A stretch of DNA of 64,000 bases from Lacibacter sp. (GTDB taxonomy: Bacteria; Bacteroidota; Bacteroidia; Chitinophagales; Chitinophagaceae). This document shows positions 9,425 to 18,244 of this stretch, piece after piece. The stretch's first letter is position 1. The number at the start of each line of letters is the position of its first letter. The position numbers and the translations under genes are program-made. The DNA lies in the NCBI GenBank assembly GCA_050916065.1, contig CP051137.1, positions 1,846,561 to 1,910,560 of the forward strand. The letters run 5' to 3'. The notes beneath the pieces were generated by a model that worked only from the letters and a program-made list of their open reading frames with translations, ran no database searches and was not told where the DNA came from.

Positions 9425-9486
9425 ATTTCGGATTTTAGAATGTCGATTGCGGATTGTAATCTAAAATTGCAATCTGCAATTTAAAA
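9425..9486. repeat. Inverted pair of 7-bp tandem arrays filling the thyA-folA spacer
   Basis: ATTTCGG ATTTTAG AATGTCG ATTGCGG ATTG / AATCTAA AATTGC AATCTGC AATTTAA; ATTTTAGA pairs with TCTAAAAT. Confidence 0.75.
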
Positions 9487-10281
9487 TTAGACAGCTACAG
9501 GCGCTTTAATTGCCGGATGACTCTGATAATTCTCCAGTGTAAAATCTTCGAACTTAAATTCAAAAATATCTTTTACCGATGGATTTAATTTCATCGTTGG
9601 TAATGGATAAGGGGTGCGACTTAATTGCAACTGCACCTGCTCCATATGATTGCTGTAGATATGCACATCGCCAAATGTGTGCACAAATTCTCCGTACTCC
9701 AATCCGCAAACCTGCGCAATCATCATAGTGAGCAATGCATACGATGCAATGTTGAATGGCACTCCCAAAAACACATCAGCACTTCTTTGGTAGAGTTGAC
9801 AACTTAATTTACCATTTGCCGCATAGAATTGAAACATAGTATGGCAGGGCATCAACGCCATCCTGGGTAAATCAGCCACATTCCATGCACTGATGATGAG
9901 CCTTCTGCTATCCGGATTTTTTTTGATTTGTTCAATCAGTTCTTTCACCTGGTCTACCACTACGCCATTGGCCCCTTCCCAGCTTCTCCATTGTTTGCCA
10001 TACACAGGACCGAGCTCTCCATTTTCATCTGCCCACTCATCCCAGATGCTCACTCCGTTTTCTTTGAGATAAGCAATATTAGTTTCACCCTTGAGGAACC
10101 AGAGCAATTCATGAATAATGCTGCGGAGATGTACCTTTTTTGTGGTAACCAACGGAAAACCTTTATTTAAATCAAACCGCATCTGGTAACCAAAAACACT
10201 GCGGGTGCCGGTACCGGTACGGTCACTTTTGTCGGTACCATTATCCAGAATATGCTGTAATAAAGCGTGGTATTGTTGCAT
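9487..10281 (-). CDS. thyA: Thymidylate synthase
   Basis: [42 protein letters not shown]. Confidence 0.98.
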   Translation of the reverse strand: MQQYHALLQHILDNGTDKSDRTGTGTRSVFGYQMRFDLNKGFPLVTTKKVHLRSIIHELLWFLKGETNIAYLKENGVSIWDEWADENGELGPVYGKQWRSWEGANGVVVDQVKELIEQIKKNPDSRRLIISAWNVADLPRMALMPCHTMFQFYAANGKLSCQLYQRSADVFLGVPFNIASYALLTMMIAQVCGLEYGEFVHTFGDVHIYSNHMEQVQLQLSRTPYPLPTMKLNPSVKDIFEFKFEDFTLENYQSHPAIKAPVAV

Positions 10282-10353
10282 GGCTGCAAGGTAAATAAAA
10301 GCCGCAAGCTGTTAACCTGCGGCTCCTGACTGTGGGCAATATGTGGAAGATGT

Positions 10354-11019
10354 TTATTTTCCTTTAAAACCAAAATAACGCTGATAACCAAGATATAACC
10401 CGGTATTATTAGCATGCATCTCAAAAGAACCGAAACGACCATTGATAGAAACACCTCCTCCCAGTGAGGCCATTAATTTCAGACCCTCTTCCTTGTAGCG
10501 GTAATTAGTCCAGCCCGGGTAGGAAGAAGGATAATTGGAACCCGATTCATAGCTTGAATAAAGAACGGGAAATGAACCCTGCCCAAACAGGCTCACCACA
10601 TTTCTGCGACCCAGTGGCACATAATAACGGGCAAATGGTGCCAAACCTAAATCAACTCCTTTGCTGGTATTTTTGGTTTCGCCCGTATAGCGGGGTGGAT
10701 TAACACTGTAATCATAGTTGGAATATGAGTAAGAGTCATGATTAAACCCTACAATAGCCTGTGCACCTAATACAAAGTTGCGTTCAATAAACCATCCAAA
10801 AGAAGGCAAGGCCAGCAGTCCATATCTTTTATTGGACTCGTTAATATCCAGAACAGTTACGGAATTAATAGGATACTCGCCTGCAACACCCAATTGCAAA
10901 CCAATTACTTTATTACCACGCTCAAAATAATTACGGTATGAGGCCCGCTCTTCTTTTTGAGCCAGAACAGATGTACAGGAAAAAACAAATAAAACAAGCA
11001 ATAGTGATGTGTATTTCAT
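10354..11019 (-). CDS. Secreted hypothetical protein, probable outer-membrane beta-barrel
   Basis: Signal peptide; PSFGWFI and APFARYY alternating strands; aromatic C-terminus; start placed at MKYTS (uncertain). Confidence 0.6.
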   Translation of the reverse strand: MKYTSLLLVLFVFSCTSVLAQKEERASYRNYFERGNKVIGLQLGVAGEYPINSVTVLDINESNKRYGLLALPSFGWFIERNFVLGAQAIVGFNHDSYSYSNYDYSVNPPRYTGETKNTSKGVDLGLAPFARYYVPLGRRNVVSLFGQGSFPVLYSSYESGSNYPSSYPGWTNYRYKEEGLKLMASLGGGVSINGRFGSFEMHANNTGLYLGYQRYFGFKGK

Positions 11020-11109
11020 AAACATGTGTTTTATCAAAAATAAACACGCAAAACATCCAAAACGCTGCTCTGCCGTTAAAGAAAATAAAATATAGCAGTT
11101 AGTGATGAA

Positions 11110-12336
11110 TCAGGAAAGAGATCGTCGTTTCATTTCTTTTTTGATCAACCCTAATTCTCTTCCGGTTTGTCCGCTCATACTGCTGTTTTCCTGTGCCCGG
11201 CGCATAAGGTAGGGAACCACATCTTTAATGGGACCAAACGGCAGGTACTTGCTTACATTATAACCTGCTTTGGCCAGATTGAAAGTGATGTTATCACTCA
11301 TGCCATACAGTTGAGAGAAATGTACATGATGATGATTGTGCGGCAATCCTTTTTCATCCAGAATTTTTGCAGCCAGCAAATTACTTTCATCATTATGAGA
11401 AGCTACGATTGTAGCAATACGATCAATGTTATTTAAACAAAATGTAACGGCCTCATTAAAATCACGGTCGCTGGAGGCTTTGTCCGGTTGAATGGGCGAA
11501 GGATAATTCATTTCAGCAGCACGTTTACGCTCTTTTTCCATATAAGCACCACGAACGAGTTTCATTCCCAAAATAAAATTACGTTGCTCTGCTGCCTCGT
11601 AACAATCTTTTACAAACTGCAAACGATCATGACGGTACATCTGTGCAGTATTATAAACAACAGCTTTGGTTTTGTTGAAATGATCCATCATCAATGTTAC
11701 CAATGCATCCACCGGATCCTGTATCCATGTTTCTTCAGCATCTATGAGCACTCCTACATTCTTAGCCGCTGCAGTATTGCAGATCAACATCATTCTGTCC
11801 CACACCCGTTGCCACTCTGCTTTTTCATCAGTATTCAGCCGTGTAAGTACCTGTTCATAACGTTTGATTAAAGTACCCTGTGCTTCGTGCATCAGCTGAT
11901 CCATCTTTTCCAGCAACGAAAACCGAATCAGTCCGGTAACTTTAATACTCATGAAGGGAATATTATGTTGCGTAGCCGCATAGTTGATCACCCGTATAAA
12001 TTCATCTCTTGCATGATCTTTCTCATCCTCACCGTAATCACCTCCTTCCACTCCGTAATCCAGAATCACCTGTACATGATATTCCTCCAGCTTATCTGCC
12101 ACTTTAGCTGTTTGCTCCAGTGTTTCACCACCTACAAACTGTTCGAAAATAGTAGAACGGATGATTCCTTTTATGGGCAAACCGGCTTTAATAGCCCAGG
12201 GTGTAATTTTTGTGCCGATGTTCACCAGCCAGTTATTACCCATGGCGGAAAACAGGAAATGTGCTTTTTTTAATTGCTGGTTGGATTTATACTCAAACGC
12301 ATTGGCAGTATTGTCAAATGACAGGTTCAAACTCAT
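11110..12336 (-). CDS. Monofunctional proline dehydrogenase
   Basis: FEQFVGGET, IDAEETWIQ, KLVRGAYMEKE, ASHN, FSQLYGMSD, YLMRRAQENS; start placed at MSLNLSF. Confidence 0.93.
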   Translation of the reverse strand: MSLNLSFDNTANAFEYKSNQQLKKAHFLFSAMGNNWLVNIGTKITPWAIKAGLPIKGIIRSTIFEQFVGGETLEQTAKVADKLEEYHVQVILDYGVEGGDYGEDEKDHARDEFIRVINYAATQHNIPFMSIKVTGLIRFSLLEKMDQLMHEAQGTLIKRYEQVLTRLNTDEKAEWQRVWDRMMLICNTAAAKNVGVLIDAEETWIQDPVDALVTLMMDHFNKTKAVVYNTAQMYRHDRLQFVKDCYEAAEQRNFILGMKLVRGAYMEKERKRAAEMNYPSPIQPDKASSDRDFNEAVTFCLNNIDRIATIVASHNDESNLLAAKILDEKGLPHNHHHVHFSQLYGMSDNITFNLAKAGYNVSKYLPFGPIKDVVPYLMRRAQENSSMSGQTGRELGLIKKEMKRRSLS

Positions 12337-12395
12337 AAAACAATCGTTGTGGCGCAAATATAGTTGAAAACATTACCTACGCATTATGATCCAAA

Positions 12396-13112
12396 TCAAA
12401 TCGCCTGGTGATTAAAAGGCTGTAACACCATTTCACTCACCACCCCGCTGGCCGGCTGCTGGCAGAGGAACCAGATAGCTTTGGCGGCTTCTTCAGCACG
12501 GATCATTTTCTCACGCTGTACCCGTAAATCAATCGTATCCCAGAATGCAGAATCAACACCACCTAAAAAGAGATTGGTGATACGGATATCCGTCCGCTTT
12601 AATTCTTCCCGGATGCTCTGCATCATACCCACCAATCCGTATTTGGATGCACTGTAAGCAGCAGCTCCGGCCATGGGCGTTTTACCCAGCACACCAGGGA
12701 TGTTTATGATTAAGCCTTTTTTCTGCTCTTTCATGTTAGGGAGAAAATTCTTAATTAACAGGAACGGAGCATAGAGATTGTAATTCAATGAGCGTAAAAA
12801 TTCAACTTCGCTTAATGTATCCATTGACTTAATGATTCCAACACCTGATGCATTGACCAAAACGTCTATAGAAGGAAAAACAGCAAAGAACTGTTGTGCC
12901 AATTGCTGCACCTGTTCCGGCACACTTAAATCAGCTGCAAATATGTGTGTTTGGGGAATAGACAATTGCTCCGCTACGGCACGCAGCTTTTCCGCATTAC
13001 GACCGGTTAAAAACACCTGCGCCCCACTGCCTGCCAACAATTTTGCTGTTTGTGAACCGATGCTGCCGGTAGCCCCTGCAATCAAAACATATTTACCTTT
13101 TACTGATTCCAT
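12396..13112 (-). CDS. Short-chain dehydrogenase/reductase
   Basis: AGATGSIG, NASG, YSASK; divergent from the photolyase gene. Confidence 0.9.
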   Translation of the reverse strand: MESVKGKYVLIAGATGSIGSQTAKLLAGSGAQVFLTGRNAEKLRAVAEQLSIPQTHIFAADLSVPEQVQQLAQQFFAVFPSIDVLVNASGVGIIKSMDTLSEVEFLRSLNYNLYAPFLLIKNFLPNMKEQKKGLIINIPGVLGKTPMAGAAAYSASKYGLVGMMQSIREELKRTDIRITNLFLGGVDSAFWDTIDLRVQREKMIRAEEAAKAIWFLCQQPASGVVSEMVLQPFNHQAI

Positions 13113-13170
13113 GCTGGTTTATTTTTTTGATTGATTACAACAATGCGCAGGAGGATTTGTTGTGTACAGC

Positions 13171-14658
13171 ATGTCTTTAGCCACGCTTATTTTTCCGCAC
13201 CAGTTGTTTGAGCTGCATCCGGCATTACAAAAAGATATCCCTGTTTTTCTTGTTGAAGAATTCCTTTTTTTTAAACATTACAATTTTCACAAACAGAAAC
13301 TGGTACTGCACCGTGCTTCTATGAAGCATTATGCACAGCGGTTGGAAGGAAAAGGATTTAAAGTGACTTATGTGGAGGCATCGGAAAAAGAAAGTGATAT
13401 AAGTATTCTGGTTAAATCATTATCCAAAAAAGGAATCACAGCCTTGATTTATGTGGATACGGTGGATGATTGGCTGGAAAGAAGAATAAAGCAAGCAGCA
13501 AAAAAGCACCAACTGCAACTGCACCGGAAGCCGTCGCCAAACTTTTTAAATCAGATGAAGGAGGTGGAAGATTTTTTCAGCAAAAAGAAAACCTACTTCC
13601 AGACAGATTTTTATACCTGGCAACGCAAGCAAAGGAATCTCCTGCTGGATGAACAACAAAAACCTTTAGGAGGCAAATGGACCTTTGATGCTGAAAATCG
13701 TTTGAAGTTTCCTAAAAATGAACAGGTGCCCGTTCTGCCCATCCCCTCTGAAAACAAGTGGGTGCAGGAAGCAAAGACCTATGTTCAGGAACAGTTCCCG
13801 GGTAACTATGGCAATATTGAACGTTGCATCTACCCCGTAACGCATGAGGAAGCAGCCGTATGGTTGCAGGATTTTTTAGAAACAAGATTTGAAAAATTTG
13901 GTGTGTATGAAGATGCCATGGTAGCGAAAGAACATTTTCTCTATCACTCGGTATTAACACCCATGCTCAACATTGGGCTGCTCAATCCAAAGCAGATTGT
14001 TGAAGCGGCTTTGCAAACTGCTTCGCAAAAAAATATACCGTTAAACTCACTGGAAGGTTTCATCCGTCAGATCATTGGTTGGCGTGAATTCATCCGAATT
14101 GTGTACGAGCGGGAAGGAAGAACACAACGCACTAAAAACTATTGGGGCTTCACCAGGAAGATTCCGGAATGCTTCTGGAATGGCACTACAGGTATTGAAC
14201 CGATTGATGCAGTGATTAAAAAAACAATACAAACAGGTTACAGTCATCATATTGAGCGGTTGATGGTGCTGGGCAATTTTATGTTACTGTGTGAGTTTGA
14301 TCCGGACGAAGTCTATCGCTGGTTTATGGAACTTTATGTGGACAGTTATGATTGGGTGATGGTACCGAATGTATATGGCATGACACAGTTTGCTGACGGC
14401 GGTATGATGACCACCAAGCCTTACGTCAGCGGAAGTAATTATTTAATGAAAATGGGTGATTGGAAAAAAGGTGACTGGCAGCAGATATGGGATGGATTGT
14501 TCTGGCGCTTCATGCATGTGCACAGAAACTTCTTTGGATCTAATCCAAGATTAGGTATGTTATTAAATACGTTTGATAAAATGCCTGAAGCTAAAAGAAA
14601 TGCGCATCTGCAGCATGCAGAGCAGTTTCTGAAAAAGCTGGATGCACTGAATGATTAA
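13171..14658 (+). CDS. Bacterial cryptochrome/(6-4) photolyase (BCP/PhrB clade), Fe-S cysteines absent
   Basis: LIFPHQLF, FHKQKL, GGKWTFDAENR, EGFIRQIIGWREF, HHIERLM, DSYDWVMVPNVYGM, TTKPY. Confidence 0.92.
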   Translation: MSLATLIFPHQLFELHPALQKDIPVFLVEEFLFFKHYNFHKQKLVLHRASMKHYAQRLEGKGFKVTYVEASEKESDISILVKSLSKKGITALIYVDTVDDWLERRIKQAAKKHQLQLHRKPSPNFLNQMKEVEDFFSKKKTYFQTDFYTWQRKQRNLLLDEQQKPLGGKWTFDAENRLKFPKNEQVPVLPIPSENKWVQEAKTYVQEQFPGNYGNIERCIYPVTHEEAAVWLQDFLETRFEKFGVYEDAMVAKEHFLYHSVLTPMLNIGLLNPKQIVEAALQTASQKNIPLNSLEGFIRQIIGWREFIRIVYEREGRTQRTKNYWGFTRKIPECFWNGTTGIEPIDAVIKKTIQTGYSHHIERLMVLGNFMLLCEFDPDEVYRWFMELYVDSYDWVMVPNVYGMTQFADGGMMTTKPYVSGSNYLMKMGDWKKGDWQQIWDGLFWRFMHVHRNFFGSNPRLGMLLNTFDKMPEAKRNAHLQHAEQFLKKLDALND

Positions 14659-14933
14659 TCTTTCACCACCAGGCGATTGATTTCATAGGTACCGGGAGCT
14701 ACTTCAGTAAAAACAGAGCCATAACGCTTTTTGCGTACATCGGTTTTAATTGCCTGGTACATGTGTTGTTTGATAAATTCTTCATCCTGAGGACGCCAGT
14801 AACCATCTTTGATGGCTTCTTTGGTGATTTCGGTATAATGCAGCGGACGGCCTGCGGTTTTGAGAATTTCAATAGCGGCCTGGCGGAATGTTACAGCATC
14901 TAACGGCTTATAGGTGGTAATTGTTTCTTCCAT
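14655..14933 (-). CDS. Standalone HARE-HTH (HB1/ASXL/restriction endonuclease) winged-helix protein
   Basis: TFRQAAIEILKTAGRPLHYTEITKEAI ... SVFTEVAPGTY pattern. Confidence 0.78.
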   Translation of the reverse strand: MEETITTYKPLDAVTFRQAAIEILKTAGRPLHYTEITKEAIKDGYWRPQDEEFIKQHMYQAIKTDVRKKRYGSVFTEVAPGTYEINRLVVKD

Positions 14934-14987
14934 AAGCTATCAACAAAGACAAAAAGAATTTGTTTAAATAAATTTTTAAAATCTCAC

Positions 14988-15269
14988 ATGAAAGAACAAC
15001 AACTGATTGCAGCAGATACAGACCGGATTATAGAAATGGCCTGGGAAGACCGTACGCCTTTTGAAGCCATTGAATTGCAGTTTGGTCTAAAGGAAAAAGA
15101 AGTGATTGAGCTTATGCGCAGCCAAATGAAAGCATCCAGTTTCCGTATGTGGCGCAAGCGTATGCAGGGCCGCAGTACCAAACATACCCAACTGCGTTTG
15201 AAAGATGTGAGCCGGTTTAAATGCAGTCGTCAAAGAACCATCAGTAATAATAAAATCAGCAAAAGATAA
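14988..15269 (+). CDS. TIGR03643/DUF2805 family protein
   Basis: RIIEMAWEDRTPFEAIELQFGL, SSFRMWRKR, RFKCSRQ. Confidence 0.92.
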   Translation: MKEQQLIAADTDRIIEMAWEDRTPFEAIELQFGLKEKEVIELMRSQMKASSFRMWRKRMQGRSTKHTQLRLKDVSRFKCSRQRTISNNKISKR

Positions 15270-15272
15270 ACC

Positions 15273-16370
15273 ATGACTTTTCCTGTTGACTATAATTCTA
15301 TTTCACAAAGAGTTGAAATGGTTGATCCTGTACGTTATGGAAAAACAAGAAATTTTATTGACGGTGATGTAACGTATTTATCGCCTTATATTTCAAGAGG
15401 TGTGCTTACACTAACGCAGGTGAGAGATATCGTGTTGAAAAAAGGATACAAACCCTACCAGGTTGAAAAGTTTTTACAGGAGCTGGCCTGGCGTGAATTT
15501 TTTCAAAGGGTGTGGTTTGCAAAAGGAACAGCATTATTCAGTGATTTGAAACAAACACAATCAGATGTAGTACATGAACAGATGATTGCAGCCGTTGCTG
15601 ATGCGCAAACAGGCATTGTTGCCTTAGATGAACAGATCAACCATCTTTATGAAACGGGTTACATGCACAATCATGCACGTATGTATGTGGCGGGCATCAC
15701 CTGCAACATTGGTAAAGCTTATTGGAGAGCACCCAGCCGCTGGATGTATTATTATTTGCTGGATGGTGACCTTGCAAGTAACACCTGCAGCTGGCAATGG
15801 GTAGCCGGCAGTTTTTCTTCGAAAAAATACATTGCGAACCAGGAAAACATCAACCGGTATTTAAAAAGCAATCAGCAGCATAGCTTTTTAGATCATACTT
15901 ATGAAAACATTTTTAATCAACCGGTTCCGGATGTATTGAAAGAAACAACAAATCTCAGCTTAACTACCACTCTTCCGCAAACAGATGAAGGCTTTACAAT
16001 TGATGCATCAAAAGATGTTTGTATCTATACTTCTTATTGGCTCAATCCGCAATGGAGAGAAGAAGAAGATTGCAACCGTATCCTGCTGCTGGAACCATCT
16101 CACTTTGAGCAATTCCCGGTGAGTGAAAAAGTAATGGCATTTATTACAGCACTTGCAACAGCAAATATTCCGGGCATTCAGTTTTTTACCGGTTCATTTG
16201 AAGAATTACAGCAACAGTTACAGCCCCACCAAAAAATTTATTTTATTGATCACCCGTTGCACCGTCATTTCAAAGGCTGGGCCGATGCTTACCCATGGAT
16301 GTTTCCGCAGATAAGCGGTAGTTTTAGTTCTTTCTTTTCATTTTGGAAAAAAGCAGAGCGGCACCTGTAA
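15273..16370 (+). CDS. Short photolyase with N-terminal FAD-binding domain (NewPHL-like topology)
   Basis: YGKTRNF, LSPYISRG, QELAWREF, GYMHNHARMY, LLDGDLASNTCSWQWVAG in the N-terminal half; extra C-terminal domain ending SFFSFWKK. Confidence 0.85.
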   Translation: MTFPVDYNSISQRVEMVDPVRYGKTRNFIDGDVTYLSPYISRGVLTLTQVRDIVLKKGYKPYQVEKFLQELAWREFFQRVWFAKGTALFSDLKQTQSDVVHEQMIAAVADAQTGIVALDEQINHLYETGYMHNHARMYVAGITCNIGKAYWRAPSRWMYYYLLDGDLASNTCSWQWVAGSFSSKKYIANQENINRYLKSNQQHSFLDHTYENIFNQPVPDVLKETTNLSLTTTLPQTDEGFTIDASKDVCIYTSYWLNPQWREEEDCNRILLLEPSHFEQFPVSEKVMAFITALATANIPGIQFFTGSFEELQQQLQPHQKIYFIDHPLHRHFKGWADAYPWMFPQISGSFSSFFSFWKKAERHL

Positions 16371-16371
16371 A

Positions 16372-17226
16372 TCATTGCCGAATAAAATATAGCACAACAT
16401 TAGTAGCGCCCGTGGCAGCTGCTGAAATTTCCTGCATCACACCTTTATGCTGAATAATAATTTCGAGAAGGGCTTTATAACTGCTTGCCGATTTATTGAC
16501 TACGATAAGGTCGTTTTCACCGGTTGGCAACTCTTTCATTCGTAATCGTAAAGGATTTTTATTGAGATTATTGACCGTGGTAAGTACTTCTCCGTTGAGA
16601 TAAATATCAATGGAATCACGTGCAGTTGAATCCGTACTTCGTATTTCAACAACCAGGTCGCTGCTGTCCACTTCGCCATTGTAGATGCTTTCAGTAAAGC
16701 GATCTTCCGCCTTCAGAAAGATCTTTTGTTCTTCATACGTCTGTATAACGGCAGCTTTGTACAATGAGATTTCTTCTTTTGCAGAAAAGGAAACAGAGTC
16801 ACTTACCTTTTTACATTCAGCCGGGATTGACTCTCCCAGTATCCATTGCCAGATGCCGCTGAGTGTTACAGAGTCTTTCGCTTTTAAAAGAAGTGCTGCC
16901 ATTTGGGAGCAATCCTCTTTAGTCATGCTGATGGCACGTTGTACATTTGCCCAGCGTAATTGCAGAGTATTGCTTGAAAATTTACCGGTAACGATATAAT
17001 CACAACCAAATAGGGTGTTCTTTTTATAACCTCTGCTGTAAAGCACTCCATAACAATCATTGCCTTCCTGCATTAACTCCATGCGAATATTCAACCGGTC
17101 AGACTTTGCATCTGTTAACTTTACTACTCCTTCCCATACACCGGTGAATGATTGTGCAATTGCCGGTATAGACCACAAGGTAAAAAGCAGTACAAAAGTT
17201 ATTGGTATAATAAACGCTCTACTCAT
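16372..17226 (-). CDS. Secreted hypothetical protein (paralog 1)
   Basis: Signal peptide ending AIAQ; FTGVWEG...GVLY...GCDY motif. Confidence 0.75.
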   Translation of the reverse strand: MSRAFIIPITFVLLFTLWSIPAIAQSFTGVWEGVVKLTDAKSDRLNIRMELMQEGNDCYGVLYSRGYKKNTLFGCDYIVTGKFSSNTLQLRWANVQRAISMTKEDCSQMAALLLKAKDSVTLSGIWQWILGESIPAECKKVSDSVSFSAKEEISLYKAAVIQTYEEQKIFLKAEDRFTESIYNGEVDSSDLVVEIRSTDSTARDSIDIYLNGEVLTTVNNLNKNPLRLRMKELPTGENDLIVVNKSASSYKALLEIIIQHKGVMQEISAAATGATNVVLYFIRQ

Positions 17227-18079
17227 CCAAACCCATAATTACAAGAACCTGTCGTTGATAACTGATGTCGAACAAAAGATCTTTTACCACGTTCGCCGCA
17301 CTACGGCGTACAGTGAATCTCACATTTTCTACAGAAGGGGTTTCTACTTTCAACACAAAACAATGCATTCCTGCTTCCAGCTTAGAAACATCCACTTCCA
17401 TGGTATTGGATTCATTGGCCTTCCATTGATCTACCAGGTTTCCATTAAAGTATAAACTCACTTTTACTAAGTGAGTATTTCCTTTTGCAGGAATAAATTC
17501 AAAAAAAGGTTTTGTTCCTAATTGCTTTCGCCATAAGATCGTTCTGAAATCTGTATTCATAATAGCTGGCGCTCCCACCTGAAAAGGAAAGAACAAGGCA
17601 GTATATTTCTTTAACAACTCTTTTGACTCATGTGCAAGCGCTGTATCTTTTTGCTGCAGCTTCAAAGTACCCGGCGGACCAAAAGTATTTTCTTCTTTCA
17701 TGAACACTGCTGCCCTTATTTTATGTTGCCTGTCAGAAAAATCAAATTTGGCATCGGCTCTTGTAAACAGTGTTGCATCTACCTCCGTTAATCCCTTATT
17801 TTTGAGAATAAGCATACGGCGAAGTTCCAATCGTTCTTTATTAATCCAGCCGTATACGAGGTAATCACATCCTGTTTCTTTTCCATTCTCCTGCCGGGTG
17901 AGATATAAAACACCCATCATGAAATTTCCGTTTTGCTCAAAATCCATACGGGCATTAAACCGCAAATCCTCCAGTGAAATCATATAGTTAAAAGTTCCTG
18001 TCCAGGTACCGGTAAAACCACCTGCCTTTACGGCTGCAGAGAGAGTAATTACAAATAAAAGAGTAAACATTTGTTTCAT
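17219..18079 (-). CDS. Secreted hypothetical protein (paralog 2)
   Basis: Start placed at MKQMFTLL signal peptide; FTGTWTG...GVLY...GCDY motif; 8-nt overlap with paralog 1. Confidence 0.75.
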   Translation of the reverse strand: MKQMFTLLFVITLSAAVKAGGFTGTWTGTFNYMISLEDLRFNARMDFEQNGNFMMGVLYLTRQENGKETGCDYLVYGWINKERLELRRMLILKNKGLTEVDATLFTRADAKFDFSDRQHKIRAAVFMKEENTFGPPGTLKLQQKDTALAHESKELLKKYTALFFPFQVGAPAIMNTDFRTILWRKQLGTKPFFEFIPAKGNTHLVKVSLYFNGNLVDQWKANESNTMEVDVSKLEAGMHCFVLKVETPSVENVRFTVRRSAANVVKDLLFDISYQRQVLVIMGLDE

Positions 18080-18193
18080 AAGCTGCTGCAATTTTCTATC
18101 GAAAAATACATGATAATTATTCAAATGTTCAAACGCCGTCGTTAATTTACTTATAAAGATTAACCAGAATTCAAGATAAGTTCTTTCCTTCAT

Positions 18194-18227
18194 AAAAAAG
18201 GTCCCGTTATAAGTAACGGGACCTTTT
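18194..18227 (-). terminator. Intrinsic terminator of TonB-dependent receptor gene
   Basis: AAAAAAGGTCCCGTTA-TAAG-TAACGGGACCTTTT. Confidence 0.85.
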
Positions 18228-18244
18228 CATTTACTTCGTGATTT

